The translations under genes and the position numbers were made by a program. From contig CBDUPA010000004.1 in NCBI GenBank assembly GCA_965368975.1, forward strand, positions 299,051 to 363,050: a stretch of 64,000 nucleotides of DNA, given 5' to 3'. The stretch's first letter is position 1; each line of letters begins with the position of its first letter. This stretch comes from an uncultured bacterium. GTDB lineage: Bacteria > Acidobacteriota > Thermoanaerobaculia > Multivoradales > JAHZIX01. The notes below the pieces were generated by a model. The model saw only the letters and a list, made by a program, of their open reading frames with translations. It did not search any database and was not told where the DNA came from. Positions 57,351 to 64,000 of the stretch are shown piece by piece.

Positions 57351-58459
57351 GTCTTGCCCCCTGTGCCCAGGCCGATGCGCTTGCGGGCGTCGAGGTCAGC
57401 CTGGACGGCGGCGCACCAGTCGCGGTTGTCCAGATACCAGCGGACCGTGTCTTCGAGGCCCGAGGTGAAGTCGTGCCGCGGTGTCCAGCCCAGCTCGCGC
57501 TCGGCCTTGGACGCGTCGATCGCGTAGCGCCAGTCGTGCCCTGGTCGATCGCGCACGAAGCGCTTGAGGCTCGCGTAGGCGTCCAGGTCGCGTGCCTGCA
57601 GCGCGGCGTTGTCAGCGGCTGGCAACAGCTGCTCCAGGTGATCGCAGATGGTGTCGACCACCTGCAGGTTGCTGCGTTCGGCGTTGCCACCGAAGTTGTA
57701 CTTCTCTCCCGGCCGTCCCCGTTGCAGGGCAACCAGCACGCCCTCGCCGTGGTCGCGCACGTGGATCCAGTCGCGCACGTTGGAACCGTCGCCGTAGATC
57801 GGCAGATCCTTGCCCTCGGCGGCGTTGAGGATCATCAGCGGGATCAGCTTTTCTGGGAACTGGTACGGTCCGTAGTTGTTCGAGCAATTGGTGACCAGCG
57901 CCGGCAGCTTGTGGGTGTGGAAGTAGGCGCGCACCAGGTGGTCGGCCCCCGCCTTCGACGCTGCATAGGGTGAGTTGGGAGCGTAGGACGTCGTCTCGGT
58001 GAACAGTCCCTCTTTGCCCAGGGAGCCGTAGACCTCGTCCGTCGAGACGTGGACAAAGCGAAAGGCTTCTGCCAGCGTGGCACCGTTGTGCTCGTCGGCC
58101 CCGTGCGCATCGAGATGGCGCCGTGCCGCTTCCAGCAACTCGAAGGCGCCGACGATGTTGGTGCGGATGAATTCCGAGGCGTCGTCGATCGAGCGATCAA
58201 CGTGGCTCTCAGCCGCGAAGTTGATCACGGCTGTCGGTTGCTGCTGCTCGAAGATGCTGCGTACCGTACCCCGGTCGGCGATATCGGCCTGTTCGAAACG
58301 AAATCGTGGGCTGTCCTCAAAGTCCGCCAGGTTCTCCCGCCGTCCAGCGTAGGTGAGCTTGTCCAGCACAACGACACGGGCGTTCGTACGCTCCAACAGA
58401 AGGCGCACAAAATTGCTGCCGATGAAACCGGCACCGCCGGTGACCAGGATGGTGTCCAT
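57347..58459 (-). CDS. rfbB: dTDP-glucose 4,6-dehydratase
   Basis: GGAGFIGSNF, DKLTYAG, AAESHVDRSI, STDEVYG, YAASKA, DRPGHD. Confidence 0.96.
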   Translation of the reverse strand: MDTILVTGGAGFIGSNFVRLLLERTNARVVVLDKLTYAGRRENLADFEDSPRFRFEQADIADRGTVRSIFEQQQPTAVINFAAESHVDRSIDDASEFIRTNIVGAFELLEAARRHLDAHGADEHNGATLAEAFRFVHVSTDEVYGSLGKEGLFTETTSYAPNSPYAASKAGADHLVRAYFHTHKLPALVTNCSNNYGPYQFPEKLIPLMILNAAEGKDLPIYGDGSNVRDWIHVRDHGEGVLVALQRGRPGEKYNFGGNAERSNLQVVDTICDHLEQLLPAADNAALQARDLDAYASLKRFVRDRPGHDWRYAIDASKAERELGWTPRHDFTSGLEDTVRWYLDNRDWCAAVQADLDARKRIGLGTGGKT

Positions 58460-58619
58460 GACTGTCCTCGGTGAGAAACTGAAGGAGTGTTTGGCAGCTT
58501 CGTGCCGCTCAGGTGGGGCCGCAACGGGAACCGCCGCGGCGAGGTCGGGTTAGTATACCCCGCGTCGCCCCGGCGACTGTAACTTTCATGTGTAGACAAC
58601 CCTTCTTGGAGTACCTTTC

Positions 58620-59462
58620 GTGGACAGCACCCTGACCCCCTGGCAGGCGATCCTGCTCGCTCTCGTACAGGGCGTGACCGAGTTCTTGCCGATCAGCTCG
58701 TCCGCCCACCTGATCCTGGTACCTCATGTCTTCGGCTGGCCGGACCAGGGCCTGCCCTTCGACATCGCTGTCAACACCGGGACGCTGTTGGCTGTCGTTG
58801 TGTATTTCCGCCACGATCTGGTGCGTCTGGCCCGCGCGGGTTTGGCCAGTGTTGGCCTCGGTCGCATAGCTGGTGCTGCGGATGTCGAGCCCGGTGAGAC
58901 CAAGCTTGCCTGGGCCATCGTAGTCGGCACCATTCCGGTGGGAATCTGCGGTCTGGCCTTTTATGACTGGATTGCCACCGCTGGCCGTGATCCCCTGATC
59001 ATCGCCGCAGCTTCGATCGGCTTCGGTCTCCTGCTCTGGTGGGCCGATCGCCTTTCCGGAAGAGAGCGTGACCTCAGTCGTCTGACCTGGAGAGATGTTG
59101 CCGTAATGGGGGCCTTCCAGGCCTTGGCCCTGATTCCTGGCACCTCACGCTCGGGCATCACCATCACTGCTGGTCTCCTGCTCGGTTTTCGTCGCCCCGA
59201 GGCGGCCAGGTTCTCCTTCCTGCTCGCCGTGCCGGTGGGTTTCTTGGCTGCGGCCAAGGATCTTTGGGACATCGTGCAAGCACCACCACCATCGCAGGAT
59301 CTGCTGTGGATGGCCGTTTCTCTCGTGGTTGCTGCTGTCTCCGCCTACCTGGTCATTGGCTGGCTACTCGACTGGTTGCAGCGTCAGAATATGACCCCGT
59401 TTGTCGTCTACCGGGTTGCGCTCGGTTTGGTCATCGTCGGAGTCTGGTGGAGCTTCGTCTGA
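58620..59462 (+). CDS. uppP: Undecaprenyl-diphosphatase
   Basis: VQGVTEFLPISSSAHL, ALIPGTSRSGIT, ARFSFLL. Confidence 0.95.
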   Translation: MDSTLTPWQAILLALVQGVTEFLPISSSAHLILVPHVFGWPDQGLPFDIAVNTGTLLAVVVYFRHDLVRLARAGLASVGLGRIAGAADVEPGETKLAWAIVVGTIPVGICGLAFYDWIATAGRDPLIIAAASIGFGLLLWWADRLSGRERDLSRLTWRDVAVMGAFQALALIPGTSRSGITITAGLLLGFRRPEAARFSFLLAVPVGFLAAAKDLWDIVQAPPPSQDLLWMAVSLVVAAVSAYLVIGWLLDWLQRQNMTPFVVYRVALGLVIVGVWWSFV

Positions 59463-59535
59463 GCTGGCTGCCGCAATGTTTCTTTCAGTAGGCCCAGAGC
59501 TTTTTCGTGGTTGCTTTGAATGAGCTGGCTACTGC

Positions 59536-59700
59536 CTAGACCGCTCTTGCGTCGTCTGCACAGGCGACCTCGAGGAAGGCTTGCCGTTCCTCTCGGGGGC
59601 GGATCAGCGCCTCGTGTACCAGCTCGAAGAGCTTCTCGGCCTGTCGCTGCGGGCGAGTCATGATGGAGTCGTCGGTAGGGTTATCTGGCTTAGCCATCAT
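59536..59700 (-). pseudogene. Truncated N-terminal remnant of a kinase-TPR paralog
   Basis: LFELVHEALIRPREERQAFLEVACADD matches LFEVVHEALQLPRASRRNFLETACAND of the adjacent kinase, then stops. Confidence 0.7.
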
Positions 59701-62224
59701 GTGTCGTCGTATCGGCTTCGGGGCCGTCCTCCGTTGGTCCACCGAAGACCATCACACCGAAAGGGTCTCTCTCGCTCGTGGCCTGGGGCAGCGTCGCCAA
59801 GCGCCTTTCCCAGTAATCGGCTCGATCGTCTTGGCCCAGTTCCCGTTGGAGAGGGATCAAGGTGCTCATTAGCTGACGTATCAGAGTTCGCTCGGTTGAT
59901 GTGGGCAGCAAGTAAACGCGGATCGCTTCTTCCAGGTACTCGACAGCTTTTGCGATCTGGTTGTTGAGCTCTGCAGCTGTTGCCAGGTTGACCAATGCGG
60001 CACCGCTCAGGGGATGATCCGAACCCAGGGAGTCACGGACTCTCTTCAGACCTTCGAGCAGATAGGATTCAGCCTCCTGTCCACGCTCCATCTCGAGATA
60101 AACGACCCCAAGATTGACATAGGCGTACGCAATATCCGGATGATCCTCCGGCAGCTGAGCCTCACGGATCTGGAGAACGCGCCTGTAAGTAGCTTCGGCT
60201 TGCCGGAGTTGCCCGAGTCGTAGTTGCGAGTTGCCTAGCTCGCTCAGCTCGCCGACCAGTTCCAGGTGAGAGTCCCCCACTCTAGCTTCCTGGATCCGAA
60301 TGCATTGCTTCAGTACTTCGACAGCCTTCTCGGCCTGATCTTGAAGGAGATAGGCATCGCCGATCTCGCACAGTGCCTCGGTCCAATAAGCCTCGGAGTA
60401 CTCTGCTTTCTGGATGTCGCCACTGGCCAGGATTTCCTCCAAGTAGGGGATCGCAGCTCCCGGTTGATTGGCAAGATTGTAGAACTCGCCCAACGCCAGC
60501 AGGGATGGAGCGAGATCCGGGTGCTCTGGTCCGATCTGTTGGCGGTGGAGTTCCAGCGCACTGAGCAACAGCTCCTCTGCAGCCTCAGCCTGCCGTAGGG
60601 AGCGGTAGGCCTTGCCCAAGGTTCGTAGTCGCTGGACACGCTCGAGCGGTGGCTCGGGAAGAGCTTCGCTGTAGATCTGTTCGACCTTCTCCAGTAGTTG
60701 ACGGGCCAGGTCGTGGTCACCCAGAAACAGGTACACCCTCCCCATGGTGCCGAGCAGGCGGGCGCGCACTGCTGGCTCTTGCGCAAAGCTCTTGTCGATG
60801 CGCTCAGCGCCGCGGTCGAGGACTTGCCGTAGGGTGACTTCTTCCGCTTCAGACCCTGGAGGTCGGGCATCCTCAAACAACTCGAGCAGAAAGTCGGTCA
60901 CCTCTTGGGCCTCGGCTTGGGCCAGCCGGGCTCGCTGGGCTTCAATATCGCGCGCGATCAGGCCAGCAACCAACGCTAGCAAGATCAGCGTGGCTGCGGC
61001 GGCGGCCGCACGATTGCGACGCAGGAACTTGCGGAACAGGTAGATCTGGCCGGGAGGTCGTGCCTGTACCGGTTCGAAGGCCAGGAAGCGCTGTATGTCC
61101 TCGCCGAGTGCTGCTGCAGAGTCGTAGCGCTCTTCGCGCTCGCGAGCCAGTGCCTTGAGGAGAATCCTGTCGAGATCGCCCTTCAGGCGCCGGTGTAGCC
61201 GCTGTGCCGAGATGCTGCGAACGCGCGCGATCTCAGCCTGTGTGGGCATTGGCAGCTCTTCGAAGCGGGAACTCGGGGGTGTGGGATCTGTCTCCGTGAG
61301 CTTGCGGAAGTAGTCGAGCACCGTCTGGTCCTGAACATCGTGCGGCATCTCGCCTGCCAGTAGTAGGTGAAGCAGCACTCCCAGGGAGTAGACGTCCGAG
61401 CGAATGTCGACGTTGTCTTTACCGTCGCGCTCGCTGGCCATTTCTGGGCTTGCGAAAGCAGGCGTGCCGACGAGAATGCCGACAGTCAACTGCGCGTCGG
61501 CACTGGTGTCGAGTTCCTTGGCGATGCCAAAGTCCAGGATCTTGACCACGGCTCGCTGAGAGCCTCCGGGCTCGTCCTGGTCGGTTACCAGCAAGTTGAG
61601 AGGCTTGATGTCTCGATGCAGAACGCCCTTTTGATGGGCATGGTGAATGCCAGCGCAGACCTGCAAGAAGAGCCGTAGTCGGGCTTCGACATCGAGGTGA
61701 TTCTCGTCGCAGTAGCGATCGATCGGAACCCCTGGTACGTGCTCCATCACTAGATAAGGCTGTCCGTCGTCCAAGTCGCCTGCTTCCAAGATCTGCGCGA
61801 TGTTGGGGTGGTTCATACGCGCCAGGGTCCGACGCTCCAGCTCGAAGCGCAGCCGACTGTTGTTCGCCTTGTCAACTTCGGAGGGGCGGCGTGATCGTGT
61901 CACCTTGACCGCCACATGGCGCCGGATAGGCTCCTGCTGCTCCGCCAGATAGACGGTACCCATGCCGCCTTCACCGAGCACTTCCACCAAATGGTACGGG
62001 CCGATCTGGCGTGGAACCCTCGTCTTGGCGGTCTGTTCGGGAGGTCCAGGCTGGAGGAGGGTCGTGTCCTGATCCAAAGCTGGCAGCAGCAAGCGTGCTT
62101 TGCGCAGCAGCTTGGAGTCATTGGCGCAGGCGGTCTCCAAGAAGTTTCGCCTCGAGGCGCGCGGCAGTTGCAGTGCCTCGTGCACGACTTCGAAGAGACG
62201 TGCATCAGGCGGTGAGGGCTTCAT
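59690..62224 (-). CDS. Hanks-type Ser/Thr protein kinase with TPR repeats
   Basis: GEGGMGTVY, VAVK, HRDIKPLN, DFG, SPE, SDVYSLG; TM/helical linker; TPR array. Confidence 0.93.
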   Translation of the reverse strand: MKPSPPDARLFEVVHEALQLPRASRRNFLETACANDSKLLRKARLLLPALDQDTTLLQPGPPEQTAKTRVPRQIGPYHLVEVLGEGGMGTVYLAEQQEPIRRHVAVKVTRSRRPSEVDKANNSRLRFELERRTLARMNHPNIAQILEAGDLDDGQPYLVMEHVPGVPIDRYCDENHLDVEARLRLFLQVCAGIHHAHQKGVLHRDIKPLNLLVTDQDEPGGSQRAVVKILDFGIAKELDTSADAQLTVGILVGTPAFASPEMASERDGKDNVDIRSDVYSLGVLLHLLLAGEMPHDVQDQTVLDYFRKLTETDPTPPSSRFEELPMPTQAEIARVRSISAQRLHRRLKGDLDRILLKALAREREERYDSAAALGEDIQRFLAFEPVQARPPGQIYLFRKFLRRNRAAAAAATLILLALVAGLIARDIEAQRARLAQAEAQEVTDFLLELFEDARPPGSEAEEVTLRQVLDRGAERIDKSFAQEPAVRARLLGTMGRVYLFLGDHDLARQLLEKVEQIYSEALPEPPLERVQRLRTLGKAYRSLRQAEAAEELLLSALELHRQQIGPEHPDLAPSLLALGEFYNLANQPGAAIPYLEEILASGDIQKAEYSEAYWTEALCEIGDAYLLQDQAEKAVEVLKQCIRIQEARVGDSHLELVGELSELGNSQLRLGQLRQAEATYRRVLQIREAQLPEDHPDIAYAYVNLGVVYLEMERGQEAESYLLEGLKRVRDSLGSDHPLSGAALVNLATAAELNNQIAKAVEYLEEAIRVYLLPTSTERTLIRQLMSTLIPLQRELGQDDRADYWERRLATLPQATSERDPFGVMVFGGPTEDGPEADTTTHDG

Positions 62225-62364
62225 GAGCACCAACTTACGTGCGAGGCCACCTGCTCCCGCCTGTACGACGCGGACAGGGTGAGGCCGTTCCTAGATGTTG
62301 CTAGTCTAGTCTAGGACAGGCAACTGCTTGCCCGCGAGCCGCGTTCCACGAATAGCCCGGTGGC

Positions 62365-62559
62365 TTACTGAGCCTTCCTCAGGATCTTCTCCAGTGGGCA
62401 GAAACCGGTAAAGGAACTCTGCAGCAGGTTCACGCCGACGAATGCGGTGAACAGGAAGAAGCCCGGATGGAGCCACCAGCCGAGCGCGAGACTGGCCAGT
62501 ACGAAGACTCCGGCGAAAGCTCGGATCTGATTCTCTATCGTGCGTGGGAGAAAGCTCAT
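62365..62559 (-). CDS. DUF2892 (YgaP-like) membrane protein
   Basis: R.FAG..VL..FVGVNLLQSSFTGFCPL; GGAGGG RBS before ATG 62559. Confidence 0.85.
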   Translation of the reverse strand: MSFLPRTIENQIRAFAGVFVLASLALGWWLHPGFFLFTAFVGVNLLQSSFTGFCPLEKILRKAQ

Positions 62560-62819
62560 ATCGTTTCCCTCCTGGGGCGTGTCCGAGAGAAGGGGCCCCC
62601 CCGATCCAGAGGATCGAGAGGGTCGAGATTGAGGACTTGGAACGAAATGCCGCTTACTTTTCGTGGGGAGGAGCAAGCGGTTCCGAAGTCATAGAGCCAC
62701 CATCGCGGCGGAGGTTACAGTGCGGGCGATTCAAGGGCACGTAGTAACCGTGCGGTGCACAGGTCCGGTGTTGTTCTTGGTCGGCGCGCGGATCGGCATC
62801 CAGCTATCAGGGTGTCGCT

Positions 62820-64000
62820 CTACTGCTCCTCAACTGTGCCGTCCTGTCTTGGGCTTGCGGGATCTTCTCTGGTTTCTGGGTCGAGGGTCTTGGAACCGAA
62901 TGGATCCCTTTCGTCTTCGACAGTCGGGAGCGCTGCCAGCCTCTCCGCCCAGGACTCAGCCTGTGCATTCCGGCCGAGTTGCTGGTTGAAGCTCGACAGT
63001 GCGCTCATCAACTGGCGTGGCAGCGGTTGCTCGGGCGGCATGTGGAGCAAGAAGATGCGGAGCGCCTCCTCCATGAACTCGATCGAGCGCTCGAGCTGAT
63101 CTTCGAGCTCCGCGACAGCCGCCAGGTTGACCAGAACCGAACCGATCGCCAGATGGTCGGGGCCGAGTGCGCTGCGGAGTCGATCGAGGCCCTCGAGTAG
63201 GTAGGATTCGGCCTCGTCGGTGCGCTGCATGTGGATATTGACGGTTCCAAGATTGACATGAGCGTACGCGATTTCCGGATGATCATCGGGCTGACGAGCT
63301 TGGCGGATCTGGAGCACGCGCTTGAACGAAGCCTCGGCCTGTTCGAACTGTTCCAGTTGTAGTTGTGCGGTTCCCAGGTCAGCCAGTTGGACCACCAGGT
63401 CCAGGTGGGAATCTCCGAGCTGGGCTTCTCGAACTTGAATGCACTGCTCCAAGACCTCCACCGCTCGCTCGGTTTCGTCTAGCAGAAGGTAGGAGCTGCC
63501 GAGTTCACACAGAGCCTCTGACTGAGCTTGGGCGACGCCTTCCGCTTCGATGCCTGCGCGGTTGGTTAGGACTTCTTCCAAGTAGGGGATTGCAGCTTCC
63601 GGCTGGTTGGCGAGGTTGTAGAACTCACCCAACGCCAGGAGAGACGGCGCCAGATCCGGGTGCTCCGGCCCCAAGAGGTCGCGGTGAAGCTCGAGCGCGT
63701 GGAGTAGAAGGCCTTCTGCTCCGTCAGCTTGTCGCAGGGAGCGATGGGACATACCCAGGGCACGAAGCCGCTGGACACGGTCGAGTGGTGGTTCGGGAGG
63801 ATACTCGCTATAGAGCTGTCCGGCTTCCTCCAGCAGTTGGCGTGCAAGGTTGTAGTTGCCCAGGGATTGGTAGACTCGCCCCATTGTGGCAAGCAGGCGA
63901 GCGCGAACCACGGGTTCGTCCGCGAAGCTGCGCTCGATGCGCTCGGTACCGCGCTCGAGTACCTGCCGTAGGGTGACCTCCTCCGCCTCGGAGCCTGGAG
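62820..64000 (-). CDS. TPR region of a second kinase-TPR paralog, 5'-partial
   Basis: Frame open to the window end (EEVTLRQVLERG..); highly similar to the C-terminal half of 59690..62224. Confidence 0.85.
   Translation of the reverse strand, partial: PGSEAEEVTLRQVLERGTERIERSFADEPVVRARLLATMGRVYQSLGNYNLARQLLEEAGQLYSEYPPEPPLDRVQRLRALGMSHRSLRQADGAEGLLLHALELHRDLLGPEHPDLAPSLLALGEFYNLANQPEAAIPYLEEVLTNRAGIEAEGVAQAQSEALCELGSSYLLLDETERAVEVLEQCIQVREAQLGDSHLDLVVQLADLGTAQLQLEQFEQAEASFKRVLQIRQARQPDDHPEIAYAHVNLGTVNIHMQRTDEAESYLLEGLDRLRSALGPDHLAIGSVLVNLAAVAELEDQLERSIEFMEEALRIFLLHMPPEQPLPRQLMSALSSFNQQLGRNAQAESWAERLAALPTVEDERDPFGSKTLDPETREDPASPRQDGTVEEQ

Noticed and set aside
62291-62314. Cluster of CTAG tetramers (CTAGTCTAGTCTAG) upstream of the kinase
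   Set aside because: Too short to support a call; may simply include a TAGACT -10 element

Overview
High-GC bacterial chromosomal window, most likely Acidobacteriota (Thermoanaerobaculia-like). This assignment is inferred from an ADOP-type permease, kinase-TPR paralogs and a characteristic Cys-bracketed C-terminal domain on a secreted protease. The backbone is housekeeping: polB, rsmI, rsmF-like, prmA, pilT, rsmE, ctpA, tatA/B-tatC, a moxR-DUF58-bat operon, rsmA, ftsK, fmt, rsmB, HU, moaC, rmlB-rmlC and uppP. Accessory highlights: (1) a co-oriented RiPP cluster at 18570-25036 (methyltransferase, radical SAM/SPASM maturase, a 66-aa precursor whose four Cys are each in a CxxF motif, an RRE-like-fused M50 peptidase and an ADOP permease) lying directly downstream of an arsR-arsI unit; (2) two tandem orphan lanthipeptide-like precursors with LxLxKx5L...ARGG leaders at 7537-7993, one of them absent from the ORF track; (3) an MtrA/MtrB-type decaheme-porin conduit with a divergent, possibly bis-His monoheme cytochrome; (4) a DUF4301 gene coupled to rmlBC with no rmlA in the unit; (5) two secreted paralogs built from an internally duplicated unknown domain; (6) a kinase-TPR tandem array with a truncated remnant. 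No rRNA, tRNA, CRISPR array or transposase was recognised. All family calls come from motif recognition, not database searches.
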